A stretch of DNA of 64,000 nt from Minisyncoccia bacterium (GCA_041750655.1 JBGSYZ010000011.1:65794-129793); one strand, 5' to 3'; counted from the stretch's first letter, positions 37,676-48,095 are shown. Numbers and translations: made by a program. Notes: generated from the letters alone by a model not told the origin.

Positions 37676-38728
37676 TTATACGTTAGATTTTTCAGACAAT
37701 TCCATAATCGCTATTTCTAACGGTAACTGCGGTAATGTTGCAAATCGCATTTGTTCTGAAGCTTCAAGCAAGCGTACCAAGGTATGAGAATTTAGTGAGC
37801 CAACGGCAGTACTCATTTCTTTTACACTTACTTGGTCTTCTTCAGGGAGCTGAGCGAGTAATGTCTCTGCTAGGGGTGCTTTATTGCGTAGCAACATAAC
37901 TAAGCGAACACGTTCGAGCAGTAGACGCATAAAAAGCCGCATATCGACATTTTCTTCTTGAGCCGAGTGGACACTAGAAAGACCTAAACTAGCGTCATTA
38001 GTATTAAGCGCTACCACTAAATCAGACAGCGTTTTGGTTTTAGGAGCTCCAATAATGGCGGCGACTTCGTCAGCATCAGCCTTAGTGTCGCTTGACGCAG
38101 TAATTACTTTTTGAGTAATCCCGAGAGCATCGCGAAACGAGCCGTCGGCGGCAATAGCAATCAAATCAGCAGCAGCGGCGTTAAGCTTGAACTTCTCTTT
38201 CTTGGCCACATCAATGACCGTATCGCGTAAATCTGCCCGGCTGGGATTATGGAACGTAAAAACCTGACACCGTGAGGTGATGGTCGGGAGTAGTTTGTCT
38301 TGTTCGGTGGTAGCCAGAATAAACAATACGTGTGCTGGCGGTTCTTCTAGAGTTTTCAGAAGCGCATTAAAGGCTTCCTTAGTGAGCATGTGAACTTCAT
38401 CGATGATGTACACCTTGAACGGTGACTCGTACGGTAGTGTGTGTACCGCTTCGCGCAATTCACGAATGTCATCGACACCGCGATTACTAGCCGCGTCTAT
38501 TTCGTAAATATCAATATCACTGGCTCCAACGGCTGATGCAAAAATTCGCGCCGTGGTGGTCTTGCCGGTTCCGCGGCCGCCACAGAAAAGTAGGGCGTGG
38601 GGAATTTGCGCTTTAGCTATCGCCCCCTCAAGTACTTTTACAATATGATCTTGGTTACGGATATCGGCAAATGTATTTGGGCGATACTTTCGGTACAGCG
38701 CCACATTCGGTTCAGTATTTTTACTCAT
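37676..38728 (-). CDS. dnaX: DNA polymerase III subunit gamma/tau (short form)
   Basis: Walker A GGRGTGKTT, DEVHML (Walker B) and TSRCQVF (the SRC motif). The LYRKYRP start is typical. Confidence 0.85.
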   Translation of the reverse strand: MSKNTEPNVALYRKYRPNTFADIRNQDHIVKVLEGAIAKAQIPHALLFCGGRGTGKTTTARIFASAVGASDIDIYEIDAASNRGVDDIRELREAVHTLPYESPFKVYIIDEVHMLTKEAFNALLKTLEEPPAHVLFILATTEQDKLLPTITSRCQVFTFHNPSRADLRDTVIDVAKKEKFKLNAAAADLIAIAADGSFRDALGITQKVITASSDTKADADEVAAIIGAPKTKTLSDLVVALNTNDASLGLSSVHSAQEENVDMRLFMRLLLERVRLVMLLRNKAPLAETLLAQLPEEDQVSVKEMSTAVGSLNSHTLVRLLEASEQMRFATLPQLPLEIAIMELSEKSNV

Positions 38729-38750
38729 GGCAACAGTATACCAAATTGAA

Positions 38751-39602
38751 TTAGCGATAATATACCTCGGTTCGAACGAGTTCCCGAAGTGATGCTATAT
38801 CCCCTTTTAAATCAGTACTACCGAGAACCACATACCCGACTAGCGCGTTTTTGTTCTTAGGAAATTGCTCATTAAACACAGCGACTGCCGTTCGACCAGC
38901 TTCTGGTGTGTAGCCATGTTTACCGCCGGCGTAGCCAGCATTAGTCACGAAGGGATTATTGTTTTGCCAGCCGTGTTTCTGGAATAAGAATTGTTTGAGT
39001 TTGGTAATATCAACAATGTGTGGCTGCTCTTTGTATATTACATTCGTAAGTCGAACCAAATCTAACACTGAACTTTTGTTTTCTGGTGACAACCCGCTCG
39101 CATCTTTAAACGAAGTAGAATTAAGTCCTTTGGCAGCCACAAAACTATTCATACTACTGATAAGTTCTCCGGGCGGAAGCGAACTTTCCAGAGTAGCGGC
39201 GGCGTCGTTGGATGATTCTAAAAGCAAAGGAAATAACAGCTGCTCACGAGACAACACTTCTCCAGGGGTAAGCCCACCAGCTCGGCCTTCGGTTGAGACG
39301 TCTCGCCAGGAAGTGGTAGTCGTGTATGTCATGTCATAGCTCCCGAGTAAGGTGGCAGCTGTAGCGAGTTTGGTGACCGAAGCAATTGGCAGCACCATGT
39401 TTTCATTTTCAGCAAACAATATATCACCAGTTTCAAGAGAAAATACCGCCCAGGCAGTGGCAGTAATTTCGGTCGATTGCTCACCAACAACATGAAGCGA
39501 TGCCTGATTGTAATAGATTGGTAAGTAGCGAGCTGATAACAATACGCCGACCATAGCAATCCCCACACACACAATAGCGCCAATAGTAATTCGACCTAAC
39601 AT
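38751..39602 (-). CDS. D-alanyl-D-alanine carboxypeptidase (peptidase S11, PBP5/DacA-like)
   Basis: SxxK (ASVTK), SxN (ESSND) and KTG-like (GGKHGYT) motifs. N-terminal TM. Confidence 0.7.
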   Translation of the reverse strand: MLGRITIGAIVCVGIAMVGVLLSARYLPIYYNQASLHVVGEQSTEITATAWAVFSLETGDILFAENENMVLPIASVTKLATAATLLGSYDMTYTTTTSWRDVSTEGRAGGLTPGEVLSREQLLFPLLLESSNDAAATLESSLPPGELISSMNSFVAAKGLNSTSFKDASGLSPENKSSVLDLVRLTNVIYKEQPHIVDITKLKQFLFQKHGWQNNNPFVTNAGYAGGKHGYTPEAGRTAVAVFNEQFPKNKNALVGYVVLGSTDLKGDIASLRELVRTEVYYR

Positions 39603-39695
39603 TCTCTAAGCATACCGTGAATCAGAGCTTGGTGGTATGTGGATTGTAAAAGCCGCTGGGGAGCGAAGCTCCCCAGCGACTTTTACTAATTGTCG

Positions 39696-40211
39696 TTAAA
39701 CCTTTTTAGCAGCTTTTTTCGTCGTCTTCTTAGTAGTTTTAGTAGCCGTCTTTTTTGCAGCTTTCTTAGTGGCCTTTTTTGTAGCCTTCTGAGCTGGTTT
39801 CTTGGCAGCTTTTTTAACAGCCTTTGCTACTGCTCCAGCGGCCATTTTCTTACCTTTCTTTTCAATCTCTCCCCAGTATTCTTTCATTTCTTTTTTGAAA
39901 GCAGACACATCACCTTTGGAGGCATCCTTCATAGAGGCGTACGTTGCAGCTACCCCTTCTATAAGTTGTTCATACTCAGCCTTACTCATGTGTTGTGCTT
40001 TTTCCATAGTGCTGAGTACCTCGGCTTTAGCACTAAGCATCCAGCTTTTAACTTTCTTACGATTCTTAGCGGCATCCTTACTTCCATAAAGAAAGTACGT
40101 TCCAGCAGCGGCCACTGCGGCGGCAGTAAGACCAACGGCGATTTCTACCTTCTGAGTTGGTGATAATGTTTGCTTTGTTTTTTTTGTTGCCATACAGTAA
40201 TTATGATTCAT
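39696..40211 (-). CDS. histone-H1-like Lys/Ala-rich DNA-binding protein (putative nucleoid protein)
   Basis: The C-terminal third is KKAAKKPAQKATKKATKKAAKKTATKTTKKTTKKAAKKV. The true start may be the internal MATKK. Confidence 0.5.
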   Translation of the reverse strand: MNHNYCMATKKTKQTLSPTQKVEIAVGLTAAAVAAAGTYFLYGSKDAAKNRKKVKSWMLSAKAEVLSTMEKAQHMSKAEYEQLIEGVAATYASMKDASKGDVSAFKKEMKEYWGEIEKKGKKMAAGAVAKAVKKAAKKPAQKATKKATKKAAKKTATKTTKKTTKKAAKKV

Positions 40212-40518
40212 CTATTATTGATAGTTTTGTACCTTTCTTTTTGTGTTTAGGAGCCTCCTCTCGATCATCGCGGATAGCAGCTTTAAAACCCAAAAGAGTA
40301 CTCATCATGTTGCTAGTGTTTTTAACCACACTGCGGGCGTGTTGGAGATCTTCCACTAACACCTCGCTGCCTGATTCGACTCGCTCGATTATTCGCCTTA
40401 CGCTGCGCACGGCTTTAATGACGTGAAAAAAAATAATCGACAAAAAGATTGTCAGTATTATAACTCCTGACGCGGTAATAAAAAAGAAAATATTCGTAAG
40501 TAATACCTCACCCATCAC
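40201..40518 (-). CDS. hypothetical small membrane protein (105 aa)
   Basis: One N-terminal TM helix. Confidence 0.3.
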   Translation of the reverse strand: MMGEVLLTNIFFFITASGVIILTIFLSIIFFHVIKAVRSVRRIIERVESGSEVLVEDLQHARSVVKNTSNMMSTLLGFKAAIRDDREEAPKHKKKGTKLSIIDES

Positions 40519-40573
40519 TCACTAGTGTACCAGGAGTAAAATTTTTATGAGGTGTGTAATACACAGTTAAAAA

Positions 40574-41635
40574 TCATCGTCTCGCTAAAAAATTATTAAT
40601 AATAGTTTCTACTTCATCAGGTGTGTTACAACTCATCAATTGACCGCGAAGTTCGGCTGCTCCGGGGAACCCATTAACATACGCTTTGTAATGCTTTTTC
40701 ATGACCGCAAAGTTTTTAAACGGAAGAAGTTCGACGAACAACTTTGAGTGTTCTACCAATACTTGTAGCCTTTCTTTTAAAGTTATGTATTCAATACCCG
40801 CTTCAGAAGTATCTTCAGTAATTAATGTTTCGCGATTCACTCCGTGGGTTGGTAAGGCAGTTAGACGAATTGGTAGTCGTTTGGTTGGATGAAAAAACCA
40901 CGGGTTGCCAAACAGGGCGCGCCCGACCATAACACCATCCGCGCGAAAAAGCTCCGCTTTTTCGCGCGCATCTTCCATCGACAGCACATCACCATTACCG
41001 AGTATCAATGTTTCACTCCCCAGCTCATCTCGTATCTCCACCGCCCGCTTCACTCTCTCCCAGTCGGCCGGTACTTTGCTCATCTCTTTTCGAGTACGGG
41101 CGTGAATAGTGACCGCCGCTGGCGCTTCAGAAAGAAGCGATGGTAACCACTCCTCAAGTTCATCGTGATTGTAGCCCAGACGAGTCTTCACACTTACCGG
41201 CACATCACCTGCTCCCCGCTTGGCCGCTTGGATAATTTTCTTAGCCACCTCGGGAGTTTTAATCATCGCCGAGCCACACCCTTGTTTCTCAATCGTCCTG
41301 TCTGGACAACCCATATTGATGTCTATACCATCAAAGCCTAATTCAGCACACAAACGAGCAGCTGCTTCCATATGCTCTTCGTTGCTGGTAAAAAGCTGCG
41401 CCACAATTGGTCGCTCTTCCTCGGAATACTTCAAATCAGCCATTAGTTTTTCCTTTCCTTCAGGGGTGGCTCGCATCAGCCCGTCGGCCGCCACAAACTC
41501 TGTCCACATGACTGTTGATTGTTGCTCTGGCCAATTTGAGTATTTGGCAATCATCCGCCGGAAGGGGGCGTCAGTGACATCCGCCATTGGCGCCACTGCT
41601 ATGATTGGTTTTGTAAGTTGTTGCCAAAAATTCAT
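40574..41635 (-). CDS. dus: tRNA-dihydrouridine synthase
   Basis: IAVAPMADVTDAPFRRM and DINMGCP (catalytic Cys). FMN-binding TIM barrel. Confidence 0.85.
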   Translation of the reverse strand: MNFWQQLTKPIIAVAPMADVTDAPFRRMIAKYSNWPEQQSTVMWTEFVAADGLMRATPEGKEKLMADLKYSEEERPIVAQLFTSNEEHMEAAARLCAELGFDGIDINMGCPDRTIEKQGCGSAMIKTPEVAKKIIQAAKRGAGDVPVSVKTRLGYNHDELEEWLPSLLSEAPAAVTIHARTRKEMSKVPADWERVKRAVEIRDELGSETLILGNGDVLSMEDAREKAELFRADGVMVGRALFGNPWFFHPTKRLPIRLTALPTHGVNRETLITEDTSEAGIEYITLKERLQVLVEHSKLFVELLPFKNFAVMKKHYKAYVNGFPGAAELRGQLMSCNTPDEVETIINNFLARR

Positions 41636-41682
41636 TGCGGTAGTACTTTAACCAAAGTAACTCAAAATTGAAAGGGAAAACA

Positions 41683-41832
41683 ATGTCTGAAGGATTTGCC
41701 CACTCGCTCGGGATTGGCTCCGACGCGTTCATGACTAGAGAAGAGTTCGTGGATTTGACTTCAAATTTGTTCAATCTACTCACGTTCTTCCTCGGTTTTG
41801 TTGCGTTGTTCTCACCCTGTCTGTTTGGGTGA
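41683..41832 (+). CDS. candidate small hydrophobic peptide (49 aa)
   Basis: Preceded by AGGGAAAA and followed by the terminator GCCGCCCGG-TTTT-GCTGGGCGGC + T-run. Not in the ORF track because it is under 60 aa. Confidence 0.25.
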   Translation: MSEGFAHSLGIGSDAFMTREEFVDLTSNLFNLLTFFLGFVALFSPCLFG

Positions 41833-41886
41833 GAAATGAACACTTTAAAGCCGCCCGGTTTTGCTGGGCGGCTTTTACTTTTAGGC

Positions 41887-42735
41887 TTATTCAATCACCT
41901 CCCCATCAGTTGAAGTGGATGCTTCCGTTTCGTTGAGCTCCTCGTTTACAAACACCTTATTACCAAACCGCAAATCAATATATTGAAAATTACCTGGACG
42001 CAAATGAGAAAAATTTTCCGAGCCAAGAATAGTATTGAGATTATCAAGTGTTACTTCGGTTGATTCTTCACTGTTAGTCAGGAGTTGACCACCACCAACC
42101 AAGTCATACGTCACATCTTTATTTTGCTCATACAAAACCCGTTCCACCGTAAAGCCAAACTCTTTTTTTAATTCCTCACTAAAAGTCAAAGTCTTGTGTA
42201 GCTGATTTCGAGACAACATGTTTTGCCGGAGTAACAGTGGTGTATCTTCAACCACAAAACGTAGTAATGAACCACCAGAAAGTTGTGGTGCATCGGTAAA
42301 AGCATACCCTTCTTCATCTACCAACAAACAATGCTCACTGCTTTCATCACACCACAACGCATAGGGTTTATATTCATCAAACGTAACCAGCAATTTGTTT
42401 TTACTTTCCCTACTGATACTTACATCTTTTATCCGTGGGATACTTTCAACCGAAGATTGAATTGCTGCCGTTGGATATAAATACGTAAACGTTTTAGGAA
42501 TAAAAGCCAAGTATGAACCTTGTAGCTCTATCTCTACCGCTTCACGTACAATAGTGTGCTTGATAGTGTCTCCCCCACTAATTTCTATTTCGGAAATGGT
42601 CAAAGATGGTATCCGAGTCACGTGCCAGATCCCCCAGCCCAGTCCTGCAAAGAGCGCTAGAATCAAAATTCCTTTCAGTATTTGAATAATATAGTTTGAA
42701 CGAGCCGTTCTTTTTCTAGCACGTGCCATTGTCAC
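41887..42735 (-). CDS. ftsQ: cell division protein FtsQ/DivIB-like (POTRA domain)
   Basis: N-terminal TM followed by a POTRA-like segment (ISEIEISGGDTIKHTIVREAV). Confidence 0.5.
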   Translation of the reverse strand: MTMARARKRTARSNYIIQILKGILILALFAGLGWGIWHVTRIPSLTISEIEISGGDTIKHTIVREAVEIELQGSYLAFIPKTFTYLYPTAAIQSSVESIPRIKDVSISRESKNKLLVTFDEYKPYALWCDESSEHCLLVDEEGYAFTDAPQLSGGSLLRFVVEDTPLLLRQNMLSRNQLHKTLTFSEELKKEFGFTVERVLYEQNKDVTYDLVGGGQLLTNSEESTEVTLDNLNTILGSENFSHLRPGNFQYIDLRFGNKVFVNEELNETEASTSTDGEVIE

Positions 42736-42756
42736 TAATCATAGCAAACGAGTGCT

Positions 42757-44031
42757 CTATGCTCCCGCCTTTTTAATGACATCTTTACCTAGATATTTTT
42801 GAAGTGGTTCTGGCACTCGCACAGAACCGTCAGCTTGTTGGAAGTTTTCTACCAATGAAACCAAAATTCGTGGTGTCGGAATAGCGGTACAGTTTAGAGA
42901 GTGAGCGTACCGCATCTTTCCCTCCTCATCTTTGTATCGAATATTGAAGCGGCGGGTTTGAAAATCATGGAAGTATGAAGCTGAGCTAATCTCACGGTAC
43001 TTTTGTTCGCCTGGCACCCATAACTCAACGTCATATTTTTTGACCTGACCTTGACCAATATCTCCACCACAATTGAGTACAGTGTGATATGGGATATTTA
43101 GTGACTCGATAAACTCCTCGGTATTACGATTAATTTCTTCATGATACTTCACACTTTCTTCATGACTCGCTTCACACAACACTACTTGTTCAAGTTTGTA
43201 AAATTCATGCACCCGAATGAGACCTTTGACGTCTTTACCATGACTCCCCGCCTCACGACGATAACACGGAGAGAAGCCTAGAAACTTAATGGGAAACTCT
43301 TTTTTATCAAGGACCTCGTTAGCATAATAACCCATAACCGAGACTTCACTCGTACCAATCAAATAATCCTCGTCTTGGGTATTGTAGACATCTTCAGCAT
43401 CGTTTGGTAGGTGCCCGGTGCCATAAAGATTTTCTTTACGAACAATCGTTGGTGGCAAAATTGGCGTAAATCCTTTTTTAAGGAAAAAGTCCTGCGCGTA
43501 GTTCCAAATCGCCCATGACAGTAGCGCCCCATCGCCAAGCAGATAGTAGCCACGGAAACCGTGCACTTTAGTACCACGTTCAAAATCAACCATTCCTAAA
43601 TTGGTCATAATTTCCACATGGTCTTTGGGTTTAAAATCAAATTTGGTTTGTTCACCCCACACCTTATGCTCGACATTATCAGCATCACTGTCTCCATCAG
43701 GCACAGTCATATCTGGCACTTGTGGAACTTGGAGCATAATAGCTTTCCATTCTTCTAAAATTGGTTTAAGCGCATCTTCTTCTTTTTGGATTTCCTCCTT
43801 CAGTATTTGCATCTCTTTGATAAGTTGCCCGCGAACTGTTTCGTCCTGAGTTCCAGCGATATCGGCTGACACTTTATTTTGTTCCGCTTTCTTCACTTCC
43901 ATCGCTGACATTACTTCCCGACGCTTGTCGTCGATTGATATAAGTTTGTCCAAATCGATAGTAATGTGTTTTTTGGTGGCAGCCATCTTGACGATGTCTA
44001 GATTCTCTCTAATGAATTTAATGTCTAACAT
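42757..44031 (-). CDS. serS: seryl-tRNA synthetase
   Basis: The N-terminal coiled-coil arm plus class II motifs (FRREAGSHGKDVKGLIRVHEF, GEQKYREISSASYFHDFQTRR) support the call. Confidence 0.92.
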   Translation of the reverse strand: MLDIKFIRENLDIVKMAATKKHITIDLDKLISIDDKRREVMSAMEVKKAEQNKVSADIAGTQDETVRGQLIKEMQILKEEIQKEEDALKPILEEWKAIMLQVPQVPDMTVPDGDSDADNVEHKVWGEQTKFDFKPKDHVEIMTNLGMVDFERGTKVHGFRGYYLLGDGALLSWAIWNYAQDFFLKKGFTPILPPTIVRKENLYGTGHLPNDAEDVYNTQDEDYLIGTSEVSVMGYYANEVLDKKEFPIKFLGFSPCYRREAGSHGKDVKGLIRVHEFYKLEQVVLCEASHEESVKYHEEINRNTEEFIESLNIPYHTVLNCGGDIGQGQVKKYDVELWVPGEQKYREISSASYFHDFQTRRFNIRYKDEEGKMRYAHSLNCTAIPTPRILVSLVENFQQADGSVRVPEPLQKYLGKDVIKKAGA

Positions 44032-44071
44032 GGTGAAAATATTATGTTCAAAATTATAACCTACTTATCTG

Positions 44072-44114
44072 ATGAAGAAAGCCGAATCCCGCTGGGGCGG
44101 GATTCGGCTTTCTT
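44072..44114. promoter_or_regulatory. perfect 19-bp inverted repeat GAAGAAAGCCGAATCCCGC-TGGG-GCGGGATTCGGCTTTCTTC in divergent serS promoter region
   Basis: Read directly. It lies about 40 nt upstream of the serS start. It is not followed by a T-run on either strand. Confidence 0.5.
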
Positions 44115-44288
44115 CGAGTGTCCACTCATCGATAACTACCCCGCCGTATGCGATCTAGAGGATAGCGATGTTGAGGATACGAATAACATATAAACAATAT
44201 ACACCGTTAATTAAAAAAGAAAAGTGCTGATATTTGACACATTATCATCTTGCCGTATCCTACGATTTAGATAGAAAAGGAGTGTGGT

Positions 44289-44789
44289 ATGGAAATATGT
44301 CATATCCCAATGGACTTACCCCAACACCTCCAAGACTATGCTCGAGGTGACACAGACAAATACCCAAATACCAGTGGGTTGAAAAGAAAAGATGTCCAGA
44401 AAATGGAAAGGTTCCGTAAAAACTATATCCGCAATCTTTTGATTAAAAACCCCAGAAAGGCACATAATTTGCCAGACTTTAATCGGCTTATGAGCGACGA
44501 AATCTGGAGTTATGCAAAACGTGAACTTCGGCCGATACTTTTCAAAAAATGGGACGAGGTCGTCGGTCAAATTCAGCCCCTATGGGATGAGTTTTACCGA
44601 GAAAACGCAAGATTGAATCGGGAGTATAAAGATGCTATTGACGAAGGTCGTCATTATACAAAGCATCGCTACCTTTCGATAACAGCCAAGCGTAGTGCGT
44701 TTGCTTCAGCGATTCGAAACCCGGTTACATTAGCTCATATTGAACTAATTTGTCTTGGCGAAACCCGCTACGGCATACCAGATCTTTAA
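44289..44789 (+). CDS. hypothetical protein (166 aa)
   Basis: Clean ORF with RBS AAGGAG. No family recognised. Confidence 0.4.
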   Translation: MEICHIPMDLPQHLQDYARGDTDKYPNTSGLKRKDVQKMERFRKNYIRNLLIKNPRKAHNLPDFNRLMSDEIWSYAKRELRPILFKKWDEVVGQIQPLWDEFYRENARLNREYKDAIDEGRHYTKHRYLSITAKRSAFASAIRNPVTLAHIELICLGETRYGIPDL

Positions 44790-44843
44790 GGGTCGGACGA
44801 TTTCATCGTCCGACCCTTTTGTATACATGATAAAATTTTTATA

Positions 44844-45710
44844 ATGAATTTTCCTATTCAAGAACTTCCAGTTGCAGAATTTCCTCCGCTATTGCGAGAA
44901 ATTCCGCAACCACCGAAAACGCTTCGCTATCGTGGTGCTCTCCCACCGCCAGATATAACGCTGCTCTCAGTCGTTGGTTCACGCCACTTTACTAACTACG
45001 GCAAGCAAGTGGTAGCTGAGTTAATAGCCGGACTCAAGGGATACAATGTTGGTATCGTTTCCGGTTTAGCTTTAGGTATGGACTCACTCGCACATGAAGC
45101 TGCCCTTGATAATAATTTATACACACTAGCTATTCCCGGTGGTGGTCTGGGAGATGAAGTTATGTATCCTCGTCGCCACCTGCGACTCGCCCAACGCATT
45201 ATGGAAGCTGGCGGGGGTCTGCTCTCAGAATATACTGACGATTTCAAGGCAACCAACTGGTCTTTTCCGCAACGTAATCGTTTGGTAGCCGGGATTTCTG
45301 TGGCGACGCTTCTCATTGAAGCAGCCGAAAAATCTGGCACGCTTATTACTGCGCGGATGGCGGCCGATTATAATCGTGAGCTCTTGGTCGTACCAGGTAG
45401 TATTTTCTCGGCGAACTCACGCGGCACACATCAATTCTTGAAACTCGGCGCAACGCCGATAACATGCAGCGAGGATATTTTAGAAGCTTTACATATTGAT
45501 ACAAGAGCAGCGCTGGCTCCGCCTGCGCTGCCGCAAAATTTATCCCTTGAAGAAACCCTCATCCTATCCTTACTTCATGAACCGCTCGAGCGCGATACCC
45601 TAATAAGGAAGTCCAATCTTCCCGCCCAAGAAGCCAACGTCCTTCTTATGAAAATGGAGATGTCAGACCTGATTGTCAGCGACCAAAATGTTTATAGAAA
45701 AAAGTTATAA
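44844..45710 (+). CDS. dprA: DNA-processing protein DprA (Smf)
   Basis: Rossmann-like DprA core (SVVGSRHFTNYGKQVV...GIVSGLALGMDSLAHEAAL...GGGLLSEY). Confidence 0.85.
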   Translation: MNFPIQELPVAEFPPLLREIPQPPKTLRYRGALPPPDITLLSVVGSRHFTNYGKQVVAELIAGLKGYNVGIVSGLALGMDSLAHEAALDNNLYTLAIPGGGLGDEVMYPRRHLRLAQRIMEAGGGLLSEYTDDFKATNWSFPQRNRLVAGISVATLLIEAAEKSGTLITARMAADYNRELLVVPGSIFSANSRGTHQFLKLGATPITCSEDILEALHIDTRAALAPPALPQNLSLEETLILSLLHEPLERDTLIRKSNLPAQEANVLLMKMEMSDLIVSDQNVYRKKL

Positions 45711-45749
45711 GTTGACACATGAATACATTAATAGTATTCATATCGGAAT

Positions 45750-48095
45750 ATGTCTACCTTAGTAGTAGTGGAATCACCGGCCAAGGCCAAGACGATTGAG
45801 AAGTATCTCGGTAAGGGGTATATAGTAAAATCGTCAGTTGGTCACGTACGTGATATCCCAAAGAGTAATAAAGACGCTGTCGATATCGACGGCGGTTTTG
45901 TGCCGCGCTACATTATCTCGCCCGGCAAAGAGAAAGTGATTAAAGACCTACAAACTGCTGCTAAGAAAGCTGACGAAGTGCTACTCGCCTCCGACCCCGA
46001 CCGTGAAGGTGAAGCGATTGCCTGGCACGTAGCGGAGCTCATCAAAAAAGACAATAAAAACATTAAACGAATTGTCTTCAATGAAATTACTGAACCAGCT
46101 GTCAAGGAAGCCATTCTCCACCCCCGGGAAATCGACCTTCATCTTAAAGAAGCCCAAGAAGCCAGGCGCGTACTCGATCGTCTCGTTGGTTACGACCTCT
46201 CGGGACTCATCTGGAAAAAAGTTCGCTACGGTCTCTCGGCCGGTCGCGTCCAGTCTCCAGCCCTACGTATCATCATGGAGCGCGAACGAGAAATTCGCGC
46301 GTTCATTCCGGAAGATTTTTTTGTACTCACTGCTCACCTCAAAGCTGATGGTGTGGTAGTGCCGTTTACCTGCACCCAAGAACCGCGCGAAGAAAAGGAG
46401 GCTACTCGGATTAAAAAAGTAGGCGAAGCTCATACTTGGGAGATTCGTGAAATTAAAGAAAGCGAAGCGAAACGAAGTCCAAAACCACCGTTTACTACAT
46501 CGACCTTACAACAAGCCGCGTCGACTCGCTTGGGCTTTTCGCCATCTCGCACTATGGGCGCTGCACAAAAATTATATGAAGCGGGACATATTACTTATAT
46601 GCGAACTGACAGCAGTACCATCAGCACGATTGCGCAAAAACAAATTATCGCCATGGTCACCAAAGATTACGGTACGGAGTACGTGTCTCCCCGTCAATAC
46701 AAAACCAAAAGCAAGAGCGCGCAAGAAGCTCACGAAGCGGTGCGGCCAACCAACGCTGCTAAGCACACTGCTGGCGCCACTGGTGACCAAAAAGCTTTAT
46801 ATGAATTAATTTGGGCTCGTACTGTAGCTTCGCAAATGTCAGACGCGGCTATGAAGCGCACTAAGCTATTGGCAAATGTCAAAAACAGCTCGGAAACTAT
46901 TCCGGATTTTTCTGTCAATGGTTCCCGCGTGATTTTTGATGGCTGGCTCAAGGCCGATCCAGCTGCCCGAGGTGAAGACACCGAAGTGCCAAAACTCAAA
47001 GCTGGTGATACACCAGACCTGTCCAAAATGGAAATTGAAGCGAAACAAACCCAACCTCCCAATCGCTACACTGAAGCAGGTCTAATTAAAGAACTCGAAA
47101 AACGGGGCATTGGTCGTCCATCTACGTATGCCAGTATCATGAAGACTATCAATGATCGTGGGTATGTAGAAAAAGTTGGTCGCACGCTTAACCCAACTGA
47201 CACCGGGGATGTTGTCTCTTCTTTTCTTGAGAAGCACTTTACCGAGTACATCAGCGATACCTTCACTAGTGAAATGGAAAATGAGCTTGATGAGATTGCT
47301 GAAGGAACGCGTGAGTATGTAAAAACCTTGACTGATTTTTACAAACCGTTCCAAAAAGCTGTTGCCGCTAAAGAAGATATCGAAAAGCTCACCAATCTTG
47401 GTGATGGACCCAAAGAATTTCCGTGTCCAAAATGTGGAAAACCAATGGTTATTAAATTAGGTCGTGGTGGACGCTTCCTATCGTGCGCTACGTTCCCAGA
47501 GTGTGATGGCGCACGACAGATAGATGGCGCTGAACTAAAAGATGACGAACCAATTGGTGTACACCCGGAAACCGGTGAGGGAATTTATGTACTCACCGGA
47601 CGTTTTGGGCCGTATGTTCAACTCGGTCCAACACCCGAAAAAGGTAGTAAAGGAGAAAAACCACGACGGGCCAGTATTCCGAAAGAAAAGAAACCAGAAG
47701 AAGTGACTTTGGATGAGGCCGTGAAGTATCTCCTCTTACCGCGTCAGCTAGGTGAACACCCAGAGACTGGAGAACCAGTGATTGCCAATACCGGACAATA
47801 TGGCCCATACATCGGACACGCTGGCGATTTTCGTTCACTTAAAGGCGAAGACAACCCGTACGACATCACCTTTGACCGAGCTATGGAAATATTAGCTGAA
47901 CCCAAACAAATGCGAAAGGGTGAAAAACTAGTTCGACAAATTGGTATCCACCCGAAAACCCGAAAACTAATTAATGTATTTGAATCAAAATCTGGAAGGT
48001 ACATGCGTAAAGGTTTTAAACGAATTAATATTCCTGACAGCGTAAAAGTGGAAGACATGACTATCGAAGATGCAGTTGAATTATTAAAACAATGA
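45750..48095 (+). CDS. topA: DNA topoisomerase I
   Basis: Toprim N-terminus VVVESPAKAKTIEKYLG. Active-site Tyr region. Multiple C-terminal Cys4 zinc ribbons (CPKCG...C..C). Confidence 0.95.
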   Translation: MSTLVVVESPAKAKTIEKYLGKGYIVKSSVGHVRDIPKSNKDAVDIDGGFVPRYIISPGKEKVIKDLQTAAKKADEVLLASDPDREGEAIAWHVAELIKKDNKNIKRIVFNEITEPAVKEAILHPREIDLHLKEAQEARRVLDRLVGYDLSGLIWKKVRYGLSAGRVQSPALRIIMEREREIRAFIPEDFFVLTAHLKADGVVVPFTCTQEPREEKEATRIKKVGEAHTWEIREIKESEAKRSPKPPFTTSTLQQAASTRLGFSPSRTMGAAQKLYEAGHITYMRTDSSTISTIAQKQIIAMVTKDYGTEYVSPRQYKTKSKSAQEAHEAVRPTNAAKHTAGATGDQKALYELIWARTVASQMSDAAMKRTKLLANVKNSSETIPDFSVNGSRVIFDGWLKADPAARGEDTEVPKLKAGDTPDLSKMEIEAKQTQPPNRYTEAGLIKELEKRGIGRPSTYASIMKTINDRGYVEKVGRTLNPTDTGDVVSSFLEKHFTEYISDTFTSEMENELDEIAEGTREYVKTLTDFYKPFQKAVAAKEDIEKLTNLGDGPKEFPCPKCGKPMVIKLGRGGRFLSCATFPECDGARQIDGAELKDDEPIGVHPETGEGIYVLTGRFGPYVQLGPTPEKGSKGEKPRRASIPKEKKPEEVTLDEAVKYLLLPRQLGEHPETGEPVIANTGQYGPYIGHAGDFRSLKGEDNPYDITFDRAMEILAEPKQMRKGEKLVRQIGIHPKTRKLINVFESKSGRYMRKGFKRINIPDSVKVEDMTIEDAVELLKQ

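Noticed and set aside
41571-41894. 107-aa minus-strand ORF overlapping the dus 5' end.
   Set aside because: It overlaps dus by 65 nt and has a low-complexity basic composition. I preferred the short plus-strand hydrophobic ORF with an RBS and terminator, and even that has low confidence.
44032-44288. T-box riboswitch leader for serS.
   Set aside because: I found no AGGGUGGNACCGCG-like T-box sequence or specifier/antiterminator arrangement. Only the large perfect palindrome is present, and I reported it separately.
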